From NCBI RefSeq assembly GCF_033153115.1, contig NW_026889866.1, forward strand, positions 930,001 through 994,000: 64,000 nt of DNA. Direction: 5' to 3'. The DNA comes from Saccostrea echinata. Its lineage: Eukaryota. Below are positions 25,694-38,100 of the stretch, in pieces; within the stretch, counting starts at the first letter, position 1; the number at the start of each line of letters is the position of its first letter. The position numbers and the translations under genes are program-made. The notes under the pieces were generated by a model. That model was not told the DNA's origin and ran no database searches. It worked only from the letters and a program-made list of their open reading frames with translations.

Positions 25694-26980
25694 TTTAAAG
25701 ATAAATAACACATTTTTTCTTCCAAAATTGAACTAACTTTGCTTAAATAACACCCCTGTAACTAGAAATATAAAGTAATGATATTCATTTAGTAGACATC
25801 TTTATGCTAGTCCAAGCCACGAAACTTGGTGAAAATTGGGAAAATGTAACTTATCTGTTCAATATAGTTTTTTTTTGAATTTTAAGAAGAAAAAATACAT
25901 GTACAATGGAGCTTTTAAATATTTTAATTTTTTTTTCACTGAAAAGTTTTTTGTTTTTAATTTGACACAGTCAAAATTTCCTATATCGGAAAAATATCTA
26001 TGTTACACTTCTGTGTAGGAGATGAGCAAATTTATTTGTGGACTTTCTCTTTAAAATGGGTGCGCACTGGGAGTACCCAATTTAGCTGCAAAAATGTTGT
26101 TTTCCGGGAAAAAAATATTTATTTGTCAGACCGGAGTCAATCCCTATTTTTTTAAATTAATGAGCAAAAGATCTGCAGATAGGTTAGTTCGAGCCTGAAT
26201 CTACAATTGGTAAAATCCGGGAAGATAAAGCGTAGATGGTCCCACCTCTGAACGTTTTCACGATTTCCATTGGGGCTACTGTTTTAAGTCTAGATTACCC
26301 AGCAGAGGTACATGTATCTGCATTGCGTACACATAGCGAAGAAAATATCCTATGCAATGGACAAGGAACACGATAAAACACTGGAAAAAACATTAAAAAA
26401 TAACATAGAGTGTTTCAAATACTATTTCTTTATTGAAAGAGAATTTCAAAGTTGCACAAAATTTGATCACGAACTCAAATAAGTTACTGTGGATATATAT
26501 TAAAATGCTCAGATATCAGATATGCGACCTTCTTGCATAGTTGATAAATAACTTCTGAAAGGTGGTGTCCTTTATCTGATATCACGTGGCATTTTGAAAC
26601 TACTTTTTATCATTAATACTGGTACTCGCTCATGCTGTATACTAGATCAGAACAGTTAAAACCTATTGCAAGTTTTCGGAGAATTCCCTGTGACAGATTA
26701 ATATTTAATCTCCTTGTGGATAAGATAACTGAGTTCACATTTAGTAAATTCTTAAGTTATTCTTGATTTTTGAGCGAAGAAGGCAAGGTAATTTCCATTT
26801 CATGTCAACTTTTTCTCTTTATATTCTTTTCTTCCTTTTTACTAGACCTTCATTTTTTTAATTTAAACCTCTGCCGAGGATCAGGATTGCTAAAGGCAAG
26901 GGGGGGGGGGGGGGGTTCACACATATTTATATTTGCCTCTTTGTCTGCATGTATAAATATAATATCTCTGAATTGGTAAA
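21715..26980. repeat. Tandem duplication: four diverged copies of a ~1.5 kb unit
   Basis: The anchor ttcggagaattccc..gacagattaatatttaatct occurs at ~22233, 23664, 25148 and 26675. Copy starts are ~21715, ~23293 (junction deletion), ~24635 and ~26176; the last copy is truncated. Confidence 0.92.
22892..23252. mobile_element. CACTA/EnSpm-type MITE (CCC..GGG ends, 2-bp TT TSD)
   Basis: TIR ccctaacaaaaa / tttttgttaggg, subterminal palindromic actatagt repeats, tt on both sides. The empty site gctagtc(c/t)aagcc is visible in paralogous copies (~24272, ~25807). Confidence 0.8.
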
Positions 26981-27239
26981 AAAAAATAATTCAATAAACA
27001 TTGAGAACAAATATTTACATTTGCTAAGTCCTTCTACTATGCCAGCTAAGAAATTGATTTGAATAACATTGTCGTGGTATATCCAGGCGTAGAAAATTAA
27101 AAAGTATTTATTGGAATTGTTCCTCATATTTCTTTGTTAAATAGCGTGTATTATATTTAGGCGTGAATTTGAATATGGTTTTTAGTAAATCTGAAACAGC
27201 ATCTCCGTACAGAAGAGATCACGAATGGAAGCTCCCTTC

Positions 27240-27270
<31 letters not shown>

Positions 27271-27271
27271 A
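27240..27271. repeat. (CAA)n microsatellite
   Basis: acaacaacaacaacatcaacaacaacaacaa. Confidence 0.8.
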
Positions 27272-28359
27272 ACTTTGCAAAATTGATAAAAGATGTGCGT
27301 AGAATACTAAGACTAATGCGGCTATCTGTGATTCTTTTCTGTTATCATGTTAAAAACATTCAAACTAAAGGACATTTTCCTGATAAATTACTTTGGCACT
27401 GTGATAACCAAACACTTGTTGGGCTTCCTTGTCAGTATGTCGTCATGATAACACTGTTCGCGGTAAGATATTTTTAGTATCTTGGCGCATTTTATTTTCC
27501 TCCTAATAAGTCAAAGCAAAACTGTCAAATCATAACAACTCAGAATTACTTTGAATTTAAAATATTTTAATCACATTTCATTTTTTATTATTGATATATA
27601 CATTACTTGAGGTGTTTTTATTTTCTTAAGTATATTATTATTTATTCATTTAAAGTCCATTTCGTTAAAGGCAACTTTTACGTAGAACTTTTAGAAGGAC
27701 CCGTTATTGACAAATAGGCCTATAGCTTTTAAGGGTTTATGGAAGTTTGGCTATTGCACAGGCACGTTTGCAAAATGTTTACAACCACAAAAATTAACAC
27801 GACGTCCTGTAAATACAAACAAAACTGCCTGGTTACATGTATAATTTCGATTTTGAATATATAGTTGAGATGTGTACGATGTTGTAAATTTACTGGGTGG
27901 CCATTAACTCAAAATTTACAACATGATATGTGAGTTGTAAGTGAAATAAAATCTCTTTACTGTGCATATTTGACTTATATCGCTGCATATCGGATATAGA
28001 TTGTAACTTCAGGATCGAGACCTGTCATGTTTCTTGTAATCTCATGTTCCTCAAAGACAAACAAACATCAATAACATAATGTTTTTCAAAATCATTTACG
28101 TGTCAATTGAAATATTTCTCTTACGTATTGCTCGCTTGGTATGTTACAGATTTGTTAAATTATTCCAAGTTTCATACACTTATATATGATGTAGCTTCAT
28201 AACTTTATGAAAGTTGATTTATACTGGGCCAAAAAAGTTATGGATTGTAGTTTTACTTCAATAACAATATTTTCAAAAGCTGAAATTATTTTACGACAAA
28301 GCTTGCAGTAGCTTAATAAATATGCCATTCACCCAGATTTACCCAGAATTCGAGTAGTG

Positions 28360-29265
28360 CGCAGGTATGTTAAGGCTTCCCGTAGAAAATCACAGTGCAC
28401 TCTGTGCCTTCACTTCTCTGAACTACCAAAATATGACGTCATAATGGAAAATGACGTCAAGTCAATGCCAACTTAAGGTGTTATGACGGGGAGAGTGTCA
28501 TAAATTTTACACTTTATTTCAAACTGCATGTAAAATGCTAGACACCTTCTGCAAAATTTACTGGTCGTTAAAGGTTTTTTTCAAGTCTTATATGTCTATT
28601 CTTTTTTTTAAATACATCGCTTACGTACCCTTGATTGAAATTCAGCATGTTTAAAATGCCTACGAAAAATATAGTTTTGAAATGTACTCTGTTTTATAAC
28701 CGTGGTTTGAGATAGAATTTATTTTGTGCGTATAAAAGAGTCTGGCGCAGGTGATTAATGAGGATTAATCTGAGATTCTTTGTGGAAATCTGTAAGAAGA
28801 GGTTGTACTCTAACTGAATCTTGCTTGGGAAAAATGTGTGATGGCTTTGTTTTAATACAGAGTACGATATTGTGTGGAAAATACCCTCAAATTTGTAGGT
28901 AAGTTGAATTTCTAACGAAATATTTTGTACCCAAGTAATACTATGACTTTTCCCAAGCACATTTCGGGTACACAAGGAAACGATGAGTTTATTTATATAA
29001 CAAAATATTTATAATTATTGTGTTAATCAGCTGCGCCGAAGCGATTTATGTGAAGCACTTAAAAAAATTATAAATGACCGTCACGTGATCAACAAAGTCA
29101 TGTGATATCATAACAAACATGTTAGTTTATAGCCGAGGGAACCCTCTATATAAATTGGAAGTACTAAAGTACAATACTTTTAAATTAAAACCAAAACCGA
29201 CCTCGCAATGAAATGTTATGTTTTGAGCGTATTTTAAAGCTTCGGGAAGCGTTAACATTGCTGCG
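28360..29265. mobile_element. ~906 bp non-autonomous TIR DNA transposon, CGCAG ends, TG TSD
   Basis: TIR cgcaggtatgttaaggcttcccg / cgggaagcgttaacattgctgcg flanked by tg..tg. A second copy lies in opposite orientation at 50763-51674. Confidence 0.85.
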
Positions 29266-30189
29266 TGTTGCCGGTGAGTTGCTTTAGAAAAGAGGGGTGT
29301 AGGAAAACTGAGTGATACTTAGAGAGGCGAGAGATCTCAATTCGGTTTCCTGTAGTATACATAAATCATTTCGTTTTGGAGGGGATAGGATTCTTGCTGA
29401 ACGAGGGGTAAGCAAAACGTTCGTAGACTGATGCGATAAAATTAATACTATGTAGTCTATGCTTACAAAATTTATAAGGAACATAAAACAACAAAAGTTT
29501 AAGAAATGTTGAAAATTTTAGCTAGATACGTTGATAATTTGCCAAATTATTGTAAAATAATAAAAAGATATTATATGATCATCCGGTGCTGTCACCGTTT
29601 AGTTTCATGACGTCCGACAACGTCATTGTTCTCAATGTCTGCTCTCTCTAACTCATACACTTATCATGATGAGATTACCTTGAGTTAAGTAAGGACTTAA
29701 GCCCGTCTTGTTTATATGACTTTACAATGTCAGAGCAGCTGCTTTCAATGCATATAATATTGTAAATGGATCTATACATAAGGAAGGACCCTCACTTGAT
29801 TATGCCAGAATACTTAGCTTGTTGGGATTCAATTTTACCACACATGATCAACGTCATTTTCGACGTGACTGACTTTTGACACCCTGACTACAAATAGACA
29901 CTAACTGTGCACTTTTCATCTTTCTGAATCTTTTTGGACATTTAAAAACAAGTACTGTGGGTGCATTTTATTTTTCTGTTGCCCTTTTAAACATTCCTTA
30001 CCAGTTTTTCCAGGAGCGAAACTTTATAGAATGTTGGAAAAAGAAACCCCTCCCCCTTTTTGACGTTATTTTCAAGCGCATAATTGTTTGGACACTTCAT
30101 ATAATATTTACGATAAAATGTCATATTACTTACAGAATGGGGTAAAAATTGCAATTTTTACGGAACAATTGTGTCGTACCACATGCCTG

Positions 30190-30464
30190 AATTAAAAGGA
30201 TTTTTTATGACAAATGTCGTATCTTAAGAGTTTTTCTCAGATACACTCAGGTAGAAAAAGCGTAATATTTGAGGTTGCGCCGCCTGGACATACCATTGCT
30301 TACAAAAACATTAACAATTTATTAAAAAATAAACCTTATGATTTATGGTTTATTCGATCGATAGAAACGATGATGCTAAGTAAATATGTAAAAATTCATT
30401 GATGTATCTAAAGCGGTTTTAATTTTATGGCGCTAGTCCACGAACTTTTTGATAACCCCTCGTA
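30190..30464. mobile_element. Mariner-like MITE right end
   Basis: Ends aactttttgataacccctcg|ta (reverse complement TA-CGAGGGG, a mariner-type TIR). Similar ends occur at ~12113 and 48906. The left boundary is uncertain. Confidence 0.4.
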
Positions 30465-30469
30465 TAAAT

Positions 30470-31504
30470 GTGATTGAAAGTTCCAGAGCAATAAAGATGC
30501 AGCTGGAAGCTGGCAAAATTCAACAGTCCTTTGCAGAATGACTCCGTGTTTCACAGAGCGTTATCAGTCGTCTATGGAACCGGTATTTGCAGACGGGTAA
30601 CGTCCAAAGAAGACCAAAATCAGGACGTCTAAAGTGTACCACAGCCCATGAGGACCGTTATTTGGCCAACGTTGCTGAAAGACAACGCTTTCAAAGTGCA
30701 GTTAAGTCAAACGTTGACTTCTAGAGAGCAACAGGAACACAATTTTCAACTCAGACTGTAAGAAACAGACTGCATGTACATTACGCTAATCTCAAAGCTT
30801 GCAGACCAGCCGTATGTTCCATAGCAGAACTGGAGCATTGCAGAAATAGGCAAGAGAGCATAGAAATTGACATCAACGTCATTAGCGCTCAGTTCTCGAA
30901 TCTCGATTTTGTGTCGACTTCCATGATGGTAGAAGACTTGAGTGGAGAACAGAGGGAGAGAGATATTCTGATTGTTGCATTTCTGAGCATGATAGATTTG
31001 GTAGTAGATCACTAATGATTTGGGCAGGGATAAGTGTTGACTACAAAACTGATTTGCTCATTATTGAAGGTTTCCTGTCAGGTTTATAGTATCGTGATGA
31101 GATTCGTATTTTAGCTCGTCCAACACTTCCCAGAATCGTCAAGAATTTATTACTTCATGCAAGAAGAATGGCAGCAGATAATACAGGAGAGCATTGCACG
31201 GCTAATGGGCAGCATGGAAGGTGTTGTAGAACTGTTATTTCTTTGCGGGGAAGTCATACAAAATACTGACAAACATTGTAAAAAAAATAAAGAGTCCAAA
31301 TTATTTTTTATGTTAACAGATATGCTAGAAATTGTGTGTGTTTTTCTGTATGCATATGAAAATTTTGTTGAGGTTCTTGTTAATCACTATGAATTTTAAA
31401 TGAAATAAAATGACGAAAATATTAAGTAAAAAGCAAACTTTTTTCTTTACAAGAGTGCATATAAAAGTATGTTTTTTTATAATCCCTATCTTTTGTATCC
31501 AGTA
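30470..31504 (+). mobile_element. Decayed Tc1-family transposase and right TIR
   Basis: Translation: RAIKMQLEAG..VSQSVISRLWNRYLQTGNVQRRPKSGRLKCTTAHEDRYL..TQTVRNRLH (paired-like HTH, GRP-like motif), ESRFCVDFHDGR..W, SLMIWAGIS, QEEWQQI..IARLMGSM. Has stops and an internal deletion; ends ..atccagta|ta. Confidence 0.85.
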
Positions 31505-31756
31505 TATTTCAAATTGCTTAAAGGCATAGGATCTCTGTTTTTAAAATCTCTATTTCTAGTGATTAAACATTTCCGTTTTGAAATCGCAGAACAACATTTC
31601 GATATGACACATCTCTATTTCTAAAGCGCGAACCAACATGTTGATATGGCATTTACAATGAATTCAATACTGCATTTCCGATATATCTTTCCAAATGTGA
31701 TCGAGCTCAATATTTTGGATAATATGAAAATCAAAGTCAGAATGTCTGGTCGGTTG

Positions 31757-31763
31757 TATAAAA
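31757..31763 (+). promoter_or_regulatory. Possible TATA box for the ZP gene
   Basis: tataaaa about 400 bp upstream of the acceptor of the ATG-containing exon. The expected first-exon donor could lie in the N-gap. Weak evidence in AT-rich DNA. Confidence 0.2.
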
Positions 31764-32170
31764 AAAAAAGAAAGAACCGCTTTCAATTTACAAAAAAACT
31801 TCCTGCTTTTGGGATAATTTAATTGATGTAGTCTACNNNNNNNNNNNNNNNNNNNNNNNNNNNNNNNNNNNNNNNNNNNNNNNNNNNNNNNNNNNNNNNN
31901 NNNNNNNNNNNNNNNNNNNNNNNNNNNNNNNNNNNNNNNNNNNNNNNNNNNNNNNNNNNNNNNNNNNNNNATTATCTAATAAGGTGTTTTCCTTTTTTTT
32001 TTAAAAATTTAATATGTTTATTTTTGAATTCATCTCTAAATGATAAAGATGTTTTTGTTATCTTCACTTAAATCAATATCTTCAAATCAAGGATCTTTTT
32101 ATTAAAACAGGTTGCATACTTTGACGGAGTTTAATTACGAACCTTTTTTTTTTTATGTAGATCAGACATT

Positions 32171-35100
32171 ATGAAACTTCTGGTGGCAATTGCTTGTGTT
32201 TTAGCAGTAAGTATTATTCATATTTTAAGCACTGATTCATCATTGAATTAATTTGATAACAGCATCTAAGCATAGCATATATTTTTATATGTATATTTTT
32301 ATATATTATTTTTAAAAGAATTGTATCAGTAGACGATGCATTAACATAATTATGTTTTCATACTTGATTAGAATAACTTTGATTACCATGATTACTTATA
32401 ACATGGTCTACATTGAATTCCAATTGCCAATTCAAAAAGCATATATTACAATGGCAGACAATGCATTTTGTCCTTTTTTCAACACTGGTATTTATGTAAA
32501 ATGCTCGCTAATAAAACTAGAGGACCATGGGTCACAACGTTCACCTGACTCGCTGTGGCAGTAATGTACTGCAACTGTAGATTTTCCCCAAATATATTCC
32601 ATTGTTAAACTTTGATTGGCCATTGTGGCCTTACCCTACCGACGGGATCATGATTTGACAAATTCAAACTACACTGTGTTATGAAGTTTTCTCCTAAATT
32701 TCCACTCCTCTCGCCCATTTGGTTGTGAGAAGGTTTTAATTTTTTTTTTTTTTTCAATAAACGGTATTCCAATGTAAAACTTGCCAATGTGGTCCCACCC
32801 TATCCCTGGGACTTTTGATTTGTATAAGCATTATTCTACACGACATGAGAATTCTACCATATCAATATGACATTTCATGCCTCTGTTGTTCTTGAGAAGA
32901 AGTATTTCAAAGATTTTTACCGCCTATTCCTATGTAAAACCTAAATTGTCAAGAGTAGCTCCATCATATTCCCGCGGGACATAATTTGAACTATTTTGAA
33001 TCTACACTACCAGAGAATGCTTCTATATCTATATGAATAATTTTACCTTTGCTAGAGGAATTTCTCCCCAAATATTCCATTATACATCTATAATCGCCCA
33101 TTGTGGCCCCGTCCTCCCCCTGGGGACATGATTTAAATAATCTTGAATCTACTCTACCTTAGGATGCTTCCTCGTAAGTTTTACTTTCCAGGCTCAGTGC
33201 TTCTTGAGAAGAAGATTTTTTTAAGATTATATTAAATTTTCGCCTAATCTTAATTATCTTCACCTTGAAGAGCCAATGGTCATTGATTTAAATAAAAATA
33301 GAATTCCGTTTACCCAAGTATACCTTGTAGGAAGTTGGGTTAAAACTAGCTCAATGGCTCTTCAGAAGAAGTCGGATAGGTGAAATGTTTACACTTGGAC
33401 AGACAAAAGGATGCCGGACAAAATGTGATTAGAAAAGCTCACCTGGGTCGAAGGCTCAGATGAGCTAAGACGTGTTGGTTTACATATTTTCCCACAGTCC
33501 TTCAGATGGTTTGAATTGTTTTAAATGATTTTGAATCCTTCATTATAGGTATAGGTTTCTTTGAACCCTAAAAAATGTACAAAATGAATCATACAAAGTA
33601 GTCTGCAATCATCTATGATACCTATGTATATGATTAAAATGTCGAAAAATATTTTTGATCAACATAAAAATTATACCATATTTTGGAAATGCCAAGAAAA
33701 TATGTCCCTTTGAAATATGTGCATGTATGATAATGCATCCGAATTATATCTTTAGCTGACCTGTGTATGAGCTTTTCTGATTGAAATTTGTCCGTTGTCA
33801 GTCGTCATTATTGCTGTTGTTGTCGTCTTCGTTGTGCATGTAAACTTTTCACATTTGCATCCTCTCCAGAACCACTGGACCAATTTCAAAAAAATTTGGC
33901 ACAAAGCATCCTTTAATGAATGTGATTAAAGTTTGTGCAAAAGAAAGGGTCACGCCCTCTTCCAAGGAAATATAAATAAGAAATAAGGAGAATTAGGTGG
34001 GGTCATTCAAAAATCTTCAATACATAGCAAAAAAAAAAAATACCAGTAGAGTTTCCCTAATAGCATGATGAAAATTCTTCTTTTCAATTATTCATATCTA
34101 TATCTATATGGAAACATCCTCAGGCATTGTAGATTAAAAGTTTGTTCAAATCATGACCCTTGGGATAGGGTGAGGTCAAGATATACATAGGTACATGTAT
34201 GTATAGGGAGTATATTATACTGATGAAAAAACATAGCCATAATGACTCAGACGGGCGTTTTGGCTCATGGGCGTCTTGTTTTAAAGATGTCAGGACAACC
34301 TTTGAATATCTGAAGATTTAGACTTTGGTCAGAACTTTATCGTTGTACGTAAAATAAAGTCTTCATACATGTATTCGAAGTGGAAATATATGAACATATT
34401 TACAATTAAATATTGTTTTGCATTTAAATTGTTTAAAGGATATCAAATTAATTTTTTTTTTTTTTTTTGGGGGGGGGGTCTCTGATGTCTTCTATTTCAA
34501 ATTCAATGAGATATATCAAAGCAAAGTAAAAGTATAATTAATTGATAGGACGTCGTTGACGTATCTAAATGTCGAATTTAAGAAAAAAAGGCCTCTTCTT
34601 TCCATGCTGCTTATAAATTGGGATAAGGAGTACCCATGCAACAGATTGTTTGAAGATCTGGTCTCTTAAGGCTACAAGCTTGTAGATATTTTTAATGAGG
34701 AACTTCAGCATCTTTCCTATATCAACTCCAGAATGATAAAACTGAATAATATGCATTAATTACCTTGCTGCTAAACAAGCTAAGCTACATCTACTAAACG
34801 CCAAATGGTAGACACGGTAAAACAGTTAGTATTTAATAGTCGATAACATCAAAACAAATAATAATTCTACTTAAAATGTTCCAACTTTATCTGAAATATT
34901 AAAGGAATGAAAAGAAAGATAACACATTTAATGCATTTCCAGTTGATTTCATCAAATGACGGGCAAAGTAAGACAAATGAAGCTTGATATTGAAGGAACT
35001 TGATAATCTGTTATCTCTTGCGTGCACTGGGCCCGCCGTCACCAAAAATCCTCCTGATTGCGGGTAATATTAAGTTACATACGTAATTTACATTCATTAA

Positions 35101-38100
35101 AAAATTATATTTCTAACATATGCAAAGCAGTACCAGAAGGGACCAAGGGGCATGCCCATCAAATTTTGAAGCTCAAAATTTAGAAAAGATGAATAAATCA
35201 ATTTTCTGTTGGTAGATTCTGCTTTTTAATACAAAATTATAAAAAAAAATTGCTAAAAAACTCAAAAGAATAATTTCTAGAACTAAAACCTAGAAGCTTC
35301 CTTGCACCTATAAGGGATTTGCCTTTGACTTTTTACATGTTTTAAACATTCCTTTTTTTATAATCGGGTTCGTACTGCACTAAATTAATGTTCCAAATGA
35401 AGTTGTCAGGTAAGAGATTATTTATTTGAAACTTGCTGTGTAGCTTTATAGCGACAAACTATTTATCAAGTTTGAATTTTGTCACGTTTGACCAACAGTA
35501 AATCAGTTTTTAACAGGGTTCAGGATCGGGTTCGTGGTGCACTAAATTAATGTTTCAAAAACGTTGTTGTCAGGTTAAATCGCAGTACCTCCAAACAATT
35601 TTAATAAAACAACTAGTCTTGGAGATAAATACTGTTTGACTGTCACTTCTTTACTATGTTCTGCTTACACGAACTGTTCTGATCAAAACATGCATGTATG
35701 TCTAGAGACAGTCAAACACGTCTGTGTAAGGCAGACTTCATTCCAAGGCATTTCATGTATAAACAAGTAATTACCGAAAGGTCCACATTTTGGGGGGCAC
35801 TTTCCATATACAGGGTCTTTTAAAATGACATCCTAAAAAGAAAAGGGAATACCGGTAGGGGACATGTATTGCTTATGCGCTACTCTCAGAATGTTTGTTT
35901 ATTTTGACATACATGTATCTTGTGCTGGCTTCTATGGTGTAAAGAATCAGTGCACTTTAGCACGTCATTTGGAATCTTATTAGCTATCCGTTTTAAGCGT
36001 TGAATTACAATATATCGTTAAATTGTGCATGCATATGCTTTTGATATTAATGCCTGGAATTTTTCGTCATACATATTTCTTTAATTACAGACATGTAAAA
36101 GCCTTAAATTCCGGAAATTTGAACTAGCCCACTTTCAAGTTTAAGGTACCCGAAAAAAGGCGGAGACAATTAAATAGCATGGAAATGGAATGCTAGCATT
36201 AGCGCAAGATTTTCCGTATTGATTTTACAATATGAATTTAAATGTAGGAGATAAAGACTGTGTAGTTTTATGGTGCACAAATAAGAATTATTCATTGCCA
36301 TACATATAATTATCATGTTTTGTATCCATATATTTACTTTAGCTTAATATTTTTTCCGCTTTATATCAAGGAAGAAACAAACTCTTTCAGGTAAAACTGA
36401 AAGGCGGCTTTCAGTGACTTTTCAGTGTCCAGTCAGTCACTGAATGGCAGGTTCATTTCAGTGACCTTTCACAATTCAGGTACCTTCCAGTCATCATTCA
36501 GCAGACACATTTCAGTTATCTTTCAGTGACCTTTCCGTCGTCTTTCAGACGCCTTTCAGTGACCCTCCATCATCTTTCAGTGACCTTTCAGTTGTAATTC
36601 AACGACCTTTTTTCGGCTTTTATTAGTTTATCAATAATTATTCTTTTACAAATTTTGAATAAAATTGTTCACATCTTTAAATGTTTTTGTTTTTTTCTTA
36701 TTGTGATAAGATTTAGATACGTAGAACTGGTAATGGTTAGATGTTTATTTCTTCTTAAATTGTTTACTTAAATGTTAAATTGTGATTATTAACCATAAAA
36801 TTTACCTAAAAATAATTTCATTATTTCTAAAGATTACAATTTAACTGTGGACTGATAAAATTCAAAATTATTTTCGAATTTCTATTCTGTTGCATGATAA
36901 TTGATTTAGGAAAGAAAATTATTCAAATGATGAAAAATAATTATTAAATATTTGTATCAGATTTTAATTATCGGACATATAAGTTTTTTTCTTTCTGTAA
37001 AATCTCTTAATCAGTAATAAATATTTTGACAAGTTTATTCAATTTAATAAGTTGTTAAATCAATACACAATCAGTCAATCTGAAAAAAAAAATGGTCAAA
37101 ATGGTCTAAATAAAAACAAGAAAGAAAGTTTTCTTTTTTTTTTTTTTAGCTGTTATATTGTTTTTCATTATTTTTATTTCCATTTAACACAGTGTATAAT
37201 GCTATGAGTTTTAAATGGAAATATTTTGTAGTAAAAGACGAAACGGAATCAGTTTTTATGCCTCTTATGGAAGAAAGGAAACTTTATATTTTAATGTTTT
37301 GTTTAAAAGATTTAATATAGTATAGTGGGTCTTTGCTCCATGTTTTTGTTAACCGATAAATGTATATTTTTACGCAAACTTTAAGGATAAACTTTCCAAA
37401 AAAAAAAAAAAAATGGAGCAAATACTCACTCATATCAAAACATTCTGTTATAGTATGAGAAAATTATCATTTTTGCTCTCTTAAGTGTGTGTATGTTATT
37501 TCAGAGGCAAATAATTTCTATCTTTGGAAGAATTTTGCAAATTGTGGAGATTTTACATAAAGGTATACTTTAATGATGGATGAAGTATCAAAGAAATTTT
37601 TTCACCTACGTGTTTGTCGCACTATAGGTATACTTCGCTCGCCTTGTTTTCCCATCTTCTTTAACTGAGTGACATAAACCTATAAGGACGTATCCTTTTT
37701 GAGCAGTTAGTTTCTTCATTAGATTTTTACAGACATTAGCCTTACCAAATGAAAGACTTTTTTAAAGTAAAAAGAATAAATACAAATTTCAATATTTGCA
37801 TGCAAAAAAGAACATTTCTGTTTACCATGAATATGCATTTATATATTGCTATAAAAAAATGCATTTATATAATTGCTATAAAAATTGAAGTGTCAGTTTT
37901 ATTTATTGCAATTTAATGCAATTTTCTTTGGTCGTTTTTGTAGATTTTTTTGAAGAATAATAATCTTGAAGAATTGTTAAGTCGTACGAAAATCATATCA
38001 CCAGCAAATTATCTCCCTGTCCTCAACAGCATTTCAACCAATGAAATAATTGAAAATTTTCATATCATGCGTTTTCTACAAATCATAAGAGGAAGTGCGT

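Noticed and set aside
27163-27477. Poly-Q ORF
   Set aside because: The Q-run is a (CAA)n microsatellite; GTG start, no domain and no splice support.
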